Assembly (NCBI GenBank): GCA_017522765.1
Contig: JAFWYG010000001.1
Location: 27,291 to 91,290, forward strand
Direction of reading: 5' to 3'
Source of the DNA: Clostridia bacterium
Lineage (GTDB): Bacteria > Bacillota > Clostridia > TANB77 > UBA1234
Length of the DNA stretch: 64,000 bases
The notes beneath the pieces are model-generated. The model was not told the DNA's origin, searched no databases, and saw nothing but the letters and a program-made list of their open reading frames with translations. The position numbers and the translations under genes were made by a program. Position 1 is the stretch's first letter, and every line of letters starts with the position of its first letter. This document shows positions 48,953 through 60,351 of this stretch, one piece after another.

Positions 48953-49723
48953 TTAGTTTCTTATTTTATTTTGTCTAATTAGTTCATTTGCAAGTGCTAT
49001 GTATGCTTTAGAACCTTCAGATCTTTTATCATATAAAGAAATTGGAAGGCCATAACTTGGTGCTTCACTAAGCTTTACATTTCTAGGTATTATAGTCTTG
49101 TAAACCTTATTTTTAAAATATTTTTTAACTTCATCTATTACTTGTTTTGAAAGATTTGTTCTTGCATCATACATTGTAAGAACAACGCCTTCTATATCTA
49201 ATCTTGGATTTAAATGTTTTTGTACTAAATCAATTGTACTCATAAGCTGTCCTAAACCTTCTAATGCATAATATTCGCATTGAATTGGCACAAGCACTGA
49301 ATCAGATGCTGTTAAAGCATTTAAAGTAACTAATCCAAGTGATGGCGGACAGTCTATCAAAATATAATCATAATTTCCTTTTTCTTTTTCTAAAACATCT
49401 TTTAGTTTTGTTTCTCTTGAAATTTGTGAAACTAGTTCAACTTCAGCACCAGCCAAATCAATATTTGCAGCGCAAACCTCAAGATTTTCTACTGCTGTAG
49501 GTTGTACACAGTTTGAAAGTTTTTCTTGATGAATAATTAAATCATATGTAGATTTATCTACATCTTTAGTTCCGCCACAGCCACTAGTTGCATTTCCTTG
49601 TGGGTCAGCATCTATAAGTAATACTTTTTTACCAGCTAATGCTAAGCAAGAGCTTAAATTAACAGATGTTGTAGTCTTTCCTACTCCACCCTTTTGATTT
49701 GCTATTGATATAATTTTACCCAT
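48953..49723 (-). CDS. parA: Chromosome partitioning ATPase ParA/Soj
   Basis: Deviant Walker A KGGVGKTT. Confidence 0.9.
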   Translation of the reverse strand: MGKIISIANQKGGVGKTTTSVNLSSCLALAGKKVLLIDADPQGNATSGCGGTKDVDKSTYDLIIHQEKLSNCVQPTAVENLEVCAANIDLAGAEVELVSQISRETKLKDVLEKEKGNYDYILIDCPPSLGLVTLNALTASDSVLVPIQCEYYALEGLGQLMSTIDLVQKHLNPRLDIEGVVLTMYDARTNLSKQVIDEVKKYFKNKVYKTIIPRNVKLSEAPSYGLPISLYDKRSEGSKAYIALANELIRQNKIRN

Positions 49724-49740
49724 ACTTTTCCTCCGTTTAA

Positions 49741-49756
49741 TGTTTCACGTGAAACA
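49741..49756. promoter_or_regulatory. parS site TGTTTCACGTGAAACA (perfect), 18 bp upstream of the parA start
   Basis: 16-bp palindrome matching the Firmicutes parS consensus. Confidence 0.8.
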
Positions 49757-49886
49757 AGCATCACTCCATCGCTTAAAAACATGCATTTTAAAGCATTTAT
49801 CTGCTTTTTCACATTTTCTTATGTTTTACCACATCCATTATATAACAACATATTTTATATTCAAAGAATTATTTTATAAATTTTAA

Positions 49887-49902
49887 TGTTTCACGTGAAA
49901 CA
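49887..49902. promoter_or_regulatory. parS site TGTTTCACGTGAAACA (perfect)
   Basis: Consensus match. Confidence 0.8.
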
Positions 49903-50005
49903 TTAAGTGTTTTTAATTACAAAACTATTCTTTAGTTTAAAAAAAATTGCATATTTCAAGGATTTTTACACATAAAAAAGCAGCCTTATAGGCTGCTTTT
50001 AATTA

Positions 50006-50707
50006 TTAAATTGGTTGTTTTGCAGGAGTGCCTGCCTTTCTAGGATATTGCTTCGGTGTATTGTTTTTCTTTCTGTATATAATTATAGTTCTTTCTGAAT
50101 CAATTTCTTCTATCTTGAATTGTTCTTTTTGTTCTTCTTCCATTTTTAAAATTTCTAAAGCTTTTTGTGCATTTTTGATTTCTTCATCTGCATTTGCTTT
50201 CATACAAATAAAAGTTCCGCCAACTTTCACAAATGGTGTACAAAGTTCTGAAAGTGTTGATATATTAGCAACCGCGCGTGCTGTAGCAACATCAAATTTT
50301 TCACGATATTTTAGATTATTTCCTGCATCTTCTGCTCTGCCATGAACTGTTTCTATTTCTTCTAATTCTAATTCTTTTATAACTTCATTTAAAAAATTTA
50401 ATCTTTTATTTAATGAATCCAACAATACCACTTTTACATCTTTTCTAAATATCTTTACTGGTATTCCTGGGAATCCAGCTCCTGTTCCAACATCTATCAT
50501 ATAAGCATTTTCAGGAATATATTTAGCAATTGTTAAAGAATCTATAAAGTGTTTTATGATAATTTCTCTATCTTCAGTTATAGCAGTTAAATTTATTTTT
50601 TCATTCCATTCTTTTAATAGAGATTTATACTTCATAAATTGTTCTATCATGTGATCAGTTAGTTCAATATTGATTTTTTTAGCTTGTTCTTTTAATAAAG
50701 TTTCCAT
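50006..50707 (-). CDS. rsmG: 16S rRNA m7G527 methyltransferase RsmG (GidB)
   Basis: GTGAGFPGIP SAM motif; origin-region synteny. Confidence 0.85.
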   Translation of the reverse strand: METLLKEQAKKINIELTDHMIEQFMKYKSLLKEWNEKINLTAITEDREIIIKHFIDSLTIAKYIPENAYMIDVGTGAGFPGIPVKIFRKDVKVVLLDSLNKRLNFLNEVIKELELEEIETVHGRAEDAGNNLKYREKFDVATARAVANISTLSELCTPFVKVGGTFICMKANADEEIKNAQKALEILKMEEEQKEQFKIEEIDSERTIIIYRKKNNTPKQYPRKAGTPAKQPI

Positions 50708-50850
50708 AATTTCTCCTTACAGTTTACTTTATAGTTATTTAATGCTATTTTCACTTATTTTCCATTTGAGTTTTAAAATGTAAAATTACTCATTGATAAT
50801 AATATTTTTAAAATTTACCACATTTCTGTGCGTTGTTTTTTGTTAAAAAG

Positions 50851-52725
50851 TTAATCTTTGTTTTCCATATTTAAATAGATTAATAATACGCTTATATCAG
50901 AAGGTGAAACTCCAGATATACGAGAGGCTTGACCGATTGATTCAGGTCTTAATTTTTCTAATTTTTGTCTTGCTTCAATACGAATTCCTTTTACTTTTTC
51001 ATAATCGATGTCTGCAGGAATTTTCTTTTGCTCTATTTTTTTGAATTCCTCGATTTGTTCTATTTGTAATTTTATATAACCTTCATATTTTAATTGGATA
51101 TTTACTTCTTCTCTTTCTTCTGCTGTAAGTTCTGGTCTTTCTTTATCAATTGGAGCTAACATGTCATAATTTAATTCTGTTCTTTTTATTAAATCTACCA
51201 ATTTGAAACCGGTCGTAACTTCAGTTGTACCAGCACTTCTAAGTATTTTATTTAATTCTTCTGAAGGTTTAATATTTGTTTTTTTAGCACGTTCTATTTC
51301 TCTTTCAATATTCTCATATTTTTGTAAGAATTTATTATATCTTTCTTCTGAAATTAACCCTACTTTATAACCTATTGGAGTTAATCTTTTGTCACTATTA
51401 TCTTGTCTTAGCATCAATCTATATTCAGCTCTAGAAGTCATCATTCTGTAAGGTTCATTAGTTCCTTTTGTTACTAAATCATCAATTAAAACTCCAATAT
51501 AAGCATCAGATCTATCTAGTATTAAAGGCTCTTCTCCTCTAATATATTTAACAGCATTAATACCTGCAATTAGGCCTTGTGCAGCAGCTTCTTCATATCC
51601 AGAAGAACCATTTACTTGTCCAGCAAAGAACATTCCTTTAACTATTTTTGACTCTAAAGATAATTTCAAATCTGTTGAATCTATACAATCATATTCAATA
51701 GCATATGCAGGTCTTGTAAATTCAACATTTTCAAGGCCAGGAATTGTTCTATACATAGCTATTTGCACTTCTTCAGGCAAACTTGAAGACATACCTTGAA
51801 CATACATTTCTTCAGTATTTTCTCCCATTGGTTCTATAAAAATTTGATGTCTTTCCTTATCCGCAAATTTAACAACTTTATCTTCAATTGAAGGACAATA
51901 TCTAGGTCCAGTACTCTTTATAACGCCCGCGTAAAGTGGTGATCTGTGCAGATTTGCACGAATTATTTCGTGTGTTTCTTTTGTTGTATATGTTAGATAA
52001 CAAGGAATTTGATCTATTTTCAAATCATGATTTTCAAAAGAAAATGGTATAATTTCATCATCGCCATTTTGTATTTCCATCTTAGAAAAATCGATGCTTC
52101 TTCTATTTACTCTGGCAGGTGTTCCAGTCTTGAATCTTCTTGTTGGAATGCCTATTTTATTAAGACTTTCAGTAAGTTTTGTCGCTGGAAAAATACCATC
52201 AGGACCACTTTCATAATTAACTTCTCCTATGTGTATTCTTCCTCTTAAATATGTACCTGAACAAAGTATTACAGCTTTAGCTCCAAATATAGCTCCGATA
52301 TGTGTTTTAACACCTTTTACCTCGCCATTTTCTACAATGTATTCAACTATTTCAGCTTGTTTAACATCAAGGTTTTCTTGAAGTTCAAGTGTATGTTTCA
52401 TTTCTGTTTGATATTTTCTTCTATCAGCTTGCGCTCTTAAAGAATAAACAGCAGGCCCTTTTGATTTGTTTAGCATTTTAGATTGGATAAATGTTTTATC
52501 AATATTCTTGCCCATTTCTCCACCTAAAGCATCTATTTCTCTAACTAAATGACCTTTTGAAGTACCTCCAATACTTGGATTACAAGGCATATTAGCAATA
52601 CTATCCGCATTAATAACAAATACACATGTTTTTAAACCAAGACGTGCAGCAGCAAGCGCAGCCTCGCAACCAGCGTGACCTGCACCTATTACTATTACAT
52701 CATACTCCCCTGCTTTATATTCCAT
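50851..52725 (-). CDS. mnmG: tRNA uridine-5-carboxymethylaminomethyl synthesis enzyme MnmG (GidA). Start is [10 protein letters not shown].
   Basis: FAD motif [15 protein letters not shown]; conserved throughout. Confidence 0.9.
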   Translation of the reverse strand: MEYKAGEYDVIVIGAGHAGCEAALAAARLGLKTCVFVINADSIANMPCNPSIGGTSKGHLVREIDALGGEMGKNIDKTFIQSKMLNKSKGPAVYSLRAQADRRKYQTEMKHTLELQENLDVKQAEIVEYIVENGEVKGVKTHIGAIFGAKAVILCSGTYLRGRIHIGEVNYESGPDGIFPATKLTESLNKIGIPTRRFKTGTPARVNRRSIDFSKMEIQNGDDEIIPFSFENHDLKIDQIPCYLTYTTKETHEIIRANLHRSPLYAGVIKSTGPRYCPSIEDKVVKFADKERHQIFIEPMGENTEEMYVQGMSSSLPEEVQIAMYRTIPGLENVEFTRPAYAIEYDCIDSTDLKLSLESKIVKGMFFAGQVNGSSGYEEAAAQGLIAGINAVKYIRGEEPLILDRSDAYIGVLIDDLVTKGTNEPYRMMTSRAEYRLMLRQDNSDKRLTPIGYKVGLISEERYNKFLQKYENIEREIERAKKTNIKPSEELNKILRSAGTTEVTTGFKLVDLIKRTELNYDMLAPIDKERPELTAEEREEVNIQLKYEGYIKLQIEQIEEFKKIEQKKIPADIDYEKVKGIRIEARQKLEKLRPESIGQASRISGVSPSDISVLLIYLNMENKD

Positions 52726-52744
52726 TTCATTCCCTCTTTTCTCT

Positions 52745-52760
52745 AGTTTCACGTGAAACT
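52745..52760. promoter_or_regulatory. parS-like site AGTTTCACGTGAAACT (14/16) between mnmE and mnmG, overlapping the mnmG 5' region
   Basis: Palindrome match. Confidence 0.65.
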
Positions 52761-52770
52761 AATCTCTCAA

Positions 52771-54120
52771 TTACTTACCAACACAGAATTTCTCAAATAT
52801 TCTATTTAAAACATCATCCGAAATACTTTCACCTAATATCTCACATAAATCTTTAATTGCTTCTTGAATATTTATCGAAATCATATCTACAGGCAATCCA
52901 TCTTTAACTGTATTATTTGCCTTTATTAAGCCATTTTTAGCCTTATTTATTAAATCTTTATGTCTTATATTTGTGATAATCAATTCATTTTCAGATTCAA
53001 GATTTTTTAAATTAAATAATTCTTCTATTTTATCTTCTAATTCTGTTATTCCTTCACCTGTTTTAGCTGATATTTTAACGATATTTCCATCATTTAAACT
53101 TAATTCTTTTTCATCTAAATCAATTTTGTTTTTTATAACAATATGATTTTTTGTTTTTATTTCCTCGTAAAGTTTTTTATCTTCATCAGATAACTCTTTA
53201 CTTCCATCTACCAAGAAAAGTACTAATTCTGCATCATTTAATGCTTTCTTGCTTTTCTCTACACCTATATTTTCTACTATATCCTCTGTATCTCTAATTC
53301 CTGCTGTATCAACAAGTCTAAGAGATATTCCCTTTAAATTTACATACTCTTCAATAGTATCTCTTGTTGTTCCTGCAATCTCTGTAACAATTGCTCTATC
53401 CTCTTTTAGAAGTACATTCATAAGTGAAGATTTACCCACATTTGGTTTTCCTATAATTGCTGTTAATATGCCATTTTTAAGTATTTTTCCACTTTCAAAA
53501 GACTTTTCTAATTTATCTAATTTTTCAATTTGCTCATCTAATGTTGAGATAATTCTTTCATTCTTAACATCTTCTATATCTTCATATTCTGGATAATCAA
53601 TATCAGCTTCAATATCAGCCAATAAATCGACTATTCCATCTTTAATCTCTCTAATATTTCTTCCTAATTTACCTTCAAGTTGCGCTGCAGAAGCCTTTCC
53701 TTCTTTTTCTGTTTTACTATTTATTAGGTCAGCAACCGCTTCCGCTTGAGTTAAATCCATCTTTCCATTTAAGAAAGCTCTCTTTGTAAACTCTCCACCA
53801 GCAGCTGGCGTTGCGCCATTTTCAAGTAATAACTCTAATACTTTTTTAGAAGCAATGTAACCACCATGGCAATTTACTTCACATATATCCTCACCTGTAT
53901 ATGATTTTGGTGCTTTAAAATATGATACTAATACTTGATCAACTACATTTCCTTCAGAGTCTATTATTTCACCTAATCTCATTACATTTGGCTCAAAATC
54001 GCCACTTTTAACAGGTTTAAAAATTTTCTTTAATATTTCTAATGAGCTATCTCCACTCATTCTAACTATTCCAATTCCACCATTTCCTGCTGGTGTTGAA
54101 ATTGCAACTATGGTTTTCAT
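52771..54120 (-). CDS. mnmE: tRNA modification GTPase MnmE (TrmE)
   Basis: G-domain GKPNVGKSSL, DTAGIR. C-terminal CxGK. Confidence 0.9.
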   Translation of the reverse strand: MKTIVAISTPAGNGGIGIVRMSGDSSLEILKKIFKPVKSGDFEPNVMRLGEIIDSEGNVVDQVLVSYFKAPKSYTGEDICEVNCHGGYIASKKVLELLLENGATPAAGGEFTKRAFLNGKMDLTQAEAVADLINSKTEKEGKASAAQLEGKLGRNIREIKDGIVDLLADIEADIDYPEYEDIEDVKNERIISTLDEQIEKLDKLEKSFESGKILKNGILTAIIGKPNVGKSSLMNVLLKEDRAIVTEIAGTTRDTIEEYVNLKGISLRLVDTAGIRDTEDIVENIGVEKSKKALNDAELVLFLVDGSKELSDEDKKLYEEIKTKNHIVIKNKIDLDEKELSLNDGNIVKISAKTGEGITELEDKIEELFNLKNLESENELIITNIRHKDLINKAKNGLIKANNTVKDGLPVDMISINIQEAIKDLCEILGESISDDVLNRIFEKFCVGK

Positions 54121-54204
54121 TACTTTTTCACCTCCACAAAGTCAAATTATTATACAATTTTTTCCTTTAAAATTCAACACTTTACATAAAAATAGTTTTT
54201 AATT

Positions 54205-54255
54205 AGGGGACGCCCCTTGTTATTAAATTTTTTAACAACAAGGACTGTCCCCTAA
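54205..54255. repeat. Dispersed palindromic repeat copy (AGGGGACGCCCCTTGTTATT-spacer-AACAACAAGGACTGTCCCCT) in the jag-mnmE intergenic region
   Basis: Family member. Confidence 0.65.
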
Positions 54256-54313
54256 TGTCGAAAAAATACACCGACGTGATGTCGGTGTATGGTTTATTTC
54301 GAATTATTTGCCG

Positions 54314-55015
54314 TTATTTTAAAGAAATAACAACTTTTCTATATGGTTCTTCGCCTGTGCTTTGTGTTTTTACTTTTGGGTGATTTTGAAGTGCATTGTG
54401 AATTGCCTTTCTTTCAAATGGATTCATTGGTTCTAAAGTAATGCTTCTTTTCTTTGCTACTACTGCATTCGCTCTCTTTAATGCAAGTTCTTCTAAAGCT
54501 TTAATTCTCTTCTTTCTGTATCCTTCGATATCAATAATTATTCTTACATAATTTTTGATTCCCTTATTTCCAACAGTTCCAGCAATCATTTGAAGAGCTT
54601 CCATTGTTTCTCCTCTATAACCAATCGCTATTCCTGCATTGTCTCCAGTAATATCAAATCTTAAAATATTATCTTCAATGTATGATTCAATTTTTAAAGA
54701 TAATCCTAGTTTGTTGAAATAATCGTTTAAGAATGTAATTACTCTTTCTTTTACAATGTTTGCATCTTCTTCAGAAATTTCTTTGTATTCTTTTTCTACT
54801 TTTGCTTTTTCTGTAGTTTCAGCAACTTCAAGTGCAGCCTCGATTTCTGTAATTCTAACTTTTACTTGCTTTGGATCTAAAATGCTAAACAATCTTTTTT
54901 TAGGCTCTTCTACGATTTCAACTGAAACTTGTTCTTTTGTTAAACCAACTTTGCTTAACGCATCTGCAACGGCTTCATCATAGCTTTTTCCTATACCTTC
55001 TGCAACTTTAGCCAT
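54314..55015 (-). CDS. jag: Jag/KhpB RNA-binding protein (KH + R3H domains). Start is MAKVAEG.
   Basis: R3H C-terminal region; position after yidC; AAGGAGG RBS. Confidence 0.8.
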   Translation of the reverse strand: MAKVAEGIGKSYDEAVADALSKVGLTKEQVSVEIVEEPKKRLFSILDPKQVKVRITEIEAALEVAETTEKAKVEKEYKEISEEDANIVKERVITFLNDYFNKLGLSLKIESYIEDNILRFDITGDNAGIAIGYRGETMEALQMIAGTVGNKGIKNYVRIIIDIEGYRKKRIKALEELALKRANAVVAKKRSITLEPMNPFERKAIHNALQNHPKVKTQSTGEEPYRKVVISLK

Positions 55016-55094
55016 TAAAAAAACCTCCTTTATATTAAAACCTTGCGGTTTTGTTCTCACGTACCTATTTTATATGATTTATAAAAGATTTCAA

Positions 55095-56042
55095 CTATTT
55101 TTTATTTTGAATAACTGGTCCATCAAGTAATTTCTTATCTTTCCCTGCACCAATATTCATAATAAGTGTTTGTAAAATACCAATTAAATTACTTACAGTC
55201 CAATATAAACCAACACCTTGAGGTATTGAATATGCTAGATATCCAAGTAATATTGGCATTGTTGCATTCATAATTCTCATATCAGGTAATGGAATTTCCG
55301 AATCTTCCGGTTTTGGCTGTACTATTCCCTTTTTCTTATTAATCCAATTTGTAATTGCAACAGATAAATATGTTAAAAGTGCTGATGTTACTGGAATTAT
55401 CAATAATGCATAATTACCTTTATTATTTGCTGCAACATCACCTAAATTAATTCCTAAGAAATTTAAATCCATCAAATCATTTTCTTTAATAATTTCAATT
55501 TCATAATATGTAGGATGTACATATATTGCTTCTTCTGAATTAGCATTTGCAAGATATTGCTCATATTCTCCAGACAAATAATCTCCACTATTTGCCTCAA
55601 TTTCTGCAATTGCAGCAGCTTTTCTTTCTGCAATTAATTCATTTTTATATGCTTCTATTTTTACAGGATCCATCTTCATAATATGAGTTAATGGACTTTG
55701 CATCATATAGAACAAAGAAAATAAAATTGGTATTTGAATTAAACTTATCAAACATCCTGCACATCCAGTGCTACCAAGCATTGATGTATTATTTTCTTTT
55801 AATAATTTTTGATATTCTTCTGCAAGTTTTTGTTGATCATTACCATACTTTCTTTGTAGTTCTTGCATTAATGGTTGCATCTTTTGTGATTGTTGTAATG
55901 ATTTTTGTTGTTTTATTGTTAGTGGAATTAATAATAATTTAACTAATATAGTAAATATGATAATTGCCAAACCATAGTTTGAAACTAATCCACATATAAA
56001 ATTCATTAAATAACCAAATAAACTAGCTAATGCCTGTATCAT
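55095..56042 (-). CDS. yidC: Membrane protein insertase YidC/OxaA
   Basis: Multi-TM; conserved position between rnpA and jag. Confidence 0.85.
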   Translation of the reverse strand: MIQALASLFGYLMNFICGLVSNYGLAIIIFTILVKLLLIPLTIKQQKSLQQSQKMQPLMQELQRKYGNDQQKLAEEYQKLLKENNTSMLGSTGCAGCLISLIQIPILFSLFYMMQSPLTHIMKMDPVKIEAYKNELIAERKAAAIAEIEANSGDYLSGEYEQYLANANSEEAIYVHPTYYEIEIIKENDLMDLNFLGINLGDVAANNKGNYALLIIPVTSALLTYLSVAITNWINKKKGIVQPKPEDSEIPLPDMRIMNATMPILLGYLAYSIPQGVGLYWTVSNLIGILQTLIMNIGAGKDKKLLDGPVIQNKK

Positions 56043-56061
56043 CTACACATCCTCCTATTTA

Positions 56062-56406
56062 TTAATCAACATTTTCTTTAAAAATGCCGGCTTTTTTTAA
56101 ACATTTACACAATTCTTTTTCTACTTTTTCAAAGTTCAATTCTTCTGGATTAACACTGTTTTTATAAACAATTACTATGTTAAAGCCTTTTTGAAGCTTT
56201 TCTTCATTAAGCCTGTAAGCTTCTCGTGCCAGGCGTTTTAGTCTATTTCTTACTACACTCTTACCTATTTTTTTGCTTACTGCAACGCCAACTTTATTTA
56301 CTTCTGAATTAATTTTTTTACTATATATTACTAATGTATCTGAACTAGACCATTTTCCAGATTTAAATACATCTTGAAACTCTGAACTTTTCTTTAAAGT
56401 TAGCAT
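56062..56406 (-). CDS. rnpA: RNase P protein component
   Basis: Basic protein of 114 aa; synteny rpmH-rnpA. Confidence 0.85.
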   Translation of the reverse strand: MLTLKKSSEFQDVFKSGKWSSSDTLVIYSKKINSEVNKVGVAVSKKIGKSVVRNRLKRLAREAYRLNEEKLQKGFNIVIVYKNSVNPEELNFEKVEKELCKCLKKAGIFKENVD

Positions 56407-56517
56407 TTTCTCGCCTCTTTTCGTTTATTTTCACAGTATTTCCATGTGATTTTAAATTAAAACATAAGAAAAAAGGCCCTTTAAGGGCCATACTATACAT
56501 GATTTCTCGATATCAAA

Positions 56518-56652
56518 CTATGCAGAAAGTTTGCTTCTGCCTTTTAACATTCTTCTTTTTAATACTTTTCTACCATTTGCTGTGCTCATTCTTTTTCTAA
56601 AACCATGTTCTTTTTTCTCTTGTCTATTTTTTGGTTGAAATGTTCTTTTCAT
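56518..56652 (-). CDS. rpmH: 50S ribosomal protein L34, 44 aa. The track ORF is 5'-extended.
   Basis: [44 protein letters not shown]; GGGAGG RBS. Confidence 0.9.
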   Translation of the reverse strand: MKRTFQPKNRQEKKEHGFRKRMSTANGRKVLKRRMLKGRSKLSA

Positions 56653-56829
56653 TGCTATTTTGCACCTCCCGATTTTGTTTTGATCTATTTTTATATTATT
56701 ATCCAAAACTTTATAGCAGTGATATTCTACAATAAATAGAATCATTTTGTCAACCTTTTTTAGAAAATAGGGGAGATTTTTACAAATATATGTACTAAAT
56801 GAATAAGAAATAGGAGAGATGTGCACAAG

Positions 56830-57425
56830 AAAGTAATTTCATATTCTGAAATATAATAGAAAAATATATCTAAAAAAGATTTATTTAACATTATTAATAA
56901 AAATAACTTATTAACAGTAATAAAATTTTAATTAATAATTTTACGTCTTAATTCGACAAAATGTTAAAAATTATGCACATTAAAAATCCACATTGTGCAT
57001 AAAGCTAAGTTATATAAAATTATGTAAAATACATATGTAATATTACAAAGTTTACGGAAATAAGAAATTCGGTTTTTTAAGATAATTTCTTGCATTTATC
57101 CACATTAAAAGATATAATGTGGATAACTCTGTGGAGCATTGAAATATAAGCATTTAGCGGTTATATATACATAATAAAAATTATGTATTGTCAACATAAC
57201 AAAAAGTAGTGTTTTATGAATGAGTGTTCGCATAAAAAAGCATGAGAAAATTGCATTTATTTTTAAAAGCTTGATTTATAGCGGTTTTTTAAATTCACGA
57301 ATTGTTCACATTGATTTTGTTGGGGAAATAGCCACTTTGCAAGATTTTTTACAATTTATCCACAAATTTATTCACATTTGTGAGTAAAATGTTAATAACT
57401 TTGTAAATTTTGTTAGGAGGAAATC
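56830..57425. promoter_or_regulatory. oriC DnaA-box cluster 1 upstream of dnaA. Perfect TTATCCACA boxes at 57096-57104, 57118-57126 (inverted) and 57356-57364. 8/9 boxes at 57302-57310 and 57369-57377.
   Basis: 9-mer consensus matches in an AT-rich intergenic region between divergent rpmH and dnaA. Confidence 0.8.
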
Positions 57426-58760
57426 ATGGAAGATAAAAACAACGTTTGGGCTACGGCGAAAGAGCTTATAAAAGAAGAAGTTACAGACTTAGCTTTTAAC
57501 GCATGGATTAATAGAATGGAAATTTGTTTCCTTGATGATTCCAATGTAGTGTTTAAAGTTCCTAATATTAGTATTAAAGAAAGTATTATTTCACGTTTTT
57601 CTGAACTATTAAAAGAAGCATTACATATGGTAACTAATCATGATTTAAATATGACTATTATTTTAGAAGGTGAAGAAATACCTACTGAAATAAAAAGTGT
57701 AGAAGAAGAAAGTCCTGTTCAAAATATGCCAAAACCTACAAATGGTATTTTGAATCCTAAATATACTTTCGACTCATATGTAATAGGTAAAAGTAATGAA
57801 CTTGCTCATGCTGCGGCACTTGCTACTGCTGAAAGTCCTGGTATGGCTTACAATCCACTTTTCTTATATGGTGGAGTAGGATTAGGTAAAACTCACCTTA
57901 TGCAAGCTGTTGGAAATTACGTGTTAACAAAAAATAGACAAGCGAAAGTTTTATATATAACAGGGGAGAAGTTTACTAATGAATTAGTCTTCTCAATTCA
58001 ATCTAATAAAAATGAAGAGTTTAGAGCTAAATATAGAAATATCGATGTATTATTAGTAGATGATATTCAATTTATTAGTGGAAAAGAAAGAAGCCAAGAA
58101 GAATTTTTCCATACTTTTAATGAATTATACGAAAATAATAAACAAATCGTTATTTCAAGTGATAGACCTCCAAAAGATTTAAATCCATTAGAAGAAAGAT
58201 TGAAATCTAGATTTGAATGGGGACTTATCGCAGACATCAGTAAACCTGACTATGAAACAAGATATGCAATCCTTAGAAAGAAGATTGCTGTTGATCATAT
58301 AGATATAGATGAAGAAATTTTATCAGCAATAGCTAACAAAGTTGAATCAAACATTCGTGAACTTGAAGGAACATTAAATAAGATAGTTGCAATGGCATCA
58401 TTAACAAATACTCCTATAACAATGCAACTTGCAGAAAGAGCTTTAAATGATTTACATCATTCTAAAGAAAAAGTTATTACTATAGATTATATTCAAAGTG
58501 TAGTAGCTAAATACTATAATATAGATCAAAATGATTTCAAAATTCAAAGACGTTCAAGTGACATTGCTTTTCCAAGACAAATTGCAATGTACTTAGCAAA
58601 ACAATTAACTGGACAACCATTAGTTGAAATAGGAAAGGCTTTTGGAGGAAGAGATCATACAACAGTTATTTATGCAATTAATAAAATTGAAACAGCAGTT
58701 AAGCAAGACCCAAATACAAGAACAATTGTAGATAATATTAGAAAAATGATTATCAACTAA
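57426..58760 (+). CDS. dnaA: Chromosomal replication initiator DnaA
   Basis: AAA+ Walker A GGVGLGKTHL; C-terminal DNA-binding domain. Confidence 0.95.
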   Translation: MEDKNNVWATAKELIKEEVTDLAFNAWINRMEICFLDDSNVVFKVPNISIKESIISRFSELLKEALHMVTNHDLNMTIILEGEEIPTEIKSVEEESPVQNMPKPTNGILNPKYTFDSYVIGKSNELAHAAALATAESPGMAYNPLFLYGGVGLGKTHLMQAVGNYVLTKNRQAKVLYITGEKFTNELVFSIQSNKNEEFRAKYRNIDVLLVDDIQFISGKERSQEEFFHTFNELYENNKQIVISSDRPPKDLNPLEERLKSRFEWGLIADISKPDYETRYAILRKKIAVDHIDIDEEILSAIANKVESNIRELEGTLNKIVAMASLTNTPITMQLAERALNDLHHSKEKVITIDYIQSVVAKYYNIDQNDFKIQRRSSDIAFPRQIAMYLAKQLTGQPLVEIGKAFGGRDHTTVIYAINKIETAVKQDPNTRTIVDNIRKMIIN

Positions 58761-59195
58761 CACTCGCAAACCTTACGGAAATAGTTATCCACATCTTGTT
58801 GATAAATGTTAATAACTCATTTTATTTATTTAATGCTAGTTAGTAAGTTTTGAAAAAAATTACAAAAACTTTAAAAATATTCTTAGACAAGAATTAGAAG
58901 AGATATTCACATCAAGTTGTGAAAAGTTTGTAGAAATTTTGTTAGTAATCAACTATTCACATTTTCGTGTTAGTTACTGTGAATTATTCATGTTGAAATT
59001 TTACAAATTATCCACATGGTTTTTTACTTACGGAACAAGGGTTTTGACCACTTTTCCACATTACTAACATACATTACTACTACTACTACTAAATTTATTA
59101 TATTTAATATATAAAAAGACAAAAATTTTTAAACGAACTTTTTACTAAAGAAAATACATTATTTATTATATAGAAAGAAAGTTGAGGTATTATTT
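58761..59195. promoter_or_regulatory. oriC DnaA-box cluster 2 and AT-rich unwinding element between dnaA and dnaN. Boxes at 58776-58784 and 59008-59016. CTA x5 followed by an AT-rich stretch at about 59080-59140.
   Basis: Consensus boxes plus an AT-rich tract, typical of the Firmicutes bipartite oriC. Confidence 0.75.
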
Positions 59196-60314
59196 ATGAA
59201 ATTTATTTGTGAAAAAGGAAAATTACTACTTGCATTAAATTCTGTAAGCCGTACTTCCGTAGGAAGAACAACAACTCCTATACTAGAAGGAATCTACATT
59301 AGTGTTAAGAGAAATAACGTATTATTTGTTACAAATGATTTAGATATTGGAATGGAATATACATTAGAAGATGTAGAAACAATTGAAGATGGAGCTACAG
59401 TTGTTGATTGTAGAATGTTTAGTGAAATTATTAGAAAGTTACCTGATGAAAAGATATCTTTAGAAGTAAATGATAAGAATTTATTAGTTATAGAATGTGA
59501 AGGATCTGTTTATAAACTTTCTACTATGAATCATTTCGAATTTCCAATGCTTCCTAATATAGATGTTGAAAAATCAATTTCAGTATCTCAAGGTGCTTTA
59601 AAAGAAATGATAAAGAAAACAATCTTTGCAGTTAGCGTGGAAGAAAACAGACCAATTTTCACAGGTTGTTTAATTGAAGTAGCAGATGATGAATTAAAAG
59701 TTGTTGCAGTTGATGGATTTAGACTTGCACTTCGTAAATTACCAATGGGACCAAATGTAGGAAACTTTAGTGCAATTGTTCCTGGTAAGTATTTAAATGA
59801 AATAGTTAAAAATTTACAAGATATAGACGATGTATTAACAATTAGCGTTTCTAAAAACCAAGCTTTATTTGAAATACAAAATTGTAGAATCGTTTCTAGA
59901 TTATTAGAAGGAGACTTCTTAAATTACAATAGTGTAATTCCTGTAGAAAAAGAAACAAGAATTAAAGTAAATAAGAATGCTCTTCAAAGCGCAATAGAAA
60001 GAGCTGCTATTTTCTCAATGTCAGCAGCTGAAAAAGAAAAGAAATATCCTATTAAGATTTTTGTTAGCTTAGGAAGTATTATCATTTCTTGTACATCACA
60101 AGTTGGTGATGCAAAAGAAGAAGTGCTTGTTGAAACAACTGGTAAAGAATTAGAAATAGGATTTAATCACAAATATTTAATAGATGCTTTAAAAGTTATT
60201 GAAGATGACGAAGTTTATTTAGACTTTGGAAGTGCAATTTCACCATGTGTAATAAGACCACTTGTAGATAACAAATATACATATATGGTACTTCCAGTTA
60301 GACTTAAAGAATAA
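59196..60314 (+). CDS. dnaN: DNA polymerase III beta sliding clamp
   Basis: Length, position and conserved clamp fold. Confidence 0.9.
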   Translation: MKFICEKGKLLLALNSVSRTSVGRTTTPILEGIYISVKRNNVLFVTNDLDIGMEYTLEDVETIEDGATVVDCRMFSEIIRKLPDEKISLEVNDKNLLVIECEGSVYKLSTMNHFEFPMLPNIDVEKSISVSQGALKEMIKKTIFAVSVEENRPIFTGCLIEVADDELKVVAVDGFRLALRKLPMGPNVGNFSAIVPGKYLNEIVKNLQDIDDVLTISVSKNQALFEIQNCRIVSRLLEGDFLNYNSVIPVEKETRIKVNKNALQSAIERAAIFSMSAAEKEKKYPIKIFVSLGSIIISCTSQVGDAKEEVLVETTGKELEIGFNHKYLIDALKVIEDDEVYLDFGSAISPCVIRPLVDNKYTYMVLPVRLKE

Positions 60315-60351
60315 AAGTTTTACAAATGGACGGCTGTAAAAAGCCGTCCTA

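Noticed and set aside
59085-59100. CTA x5 microsatellite as a possible slipped-strand phase-variation tract
   Set aside because: It lies in the dnaA-dnaN intergenic region next to the DnaA boxes, inside the AT-rich region expected to be the oriC DNA-unwinding element. It is not in or upstream of a contingency gene.
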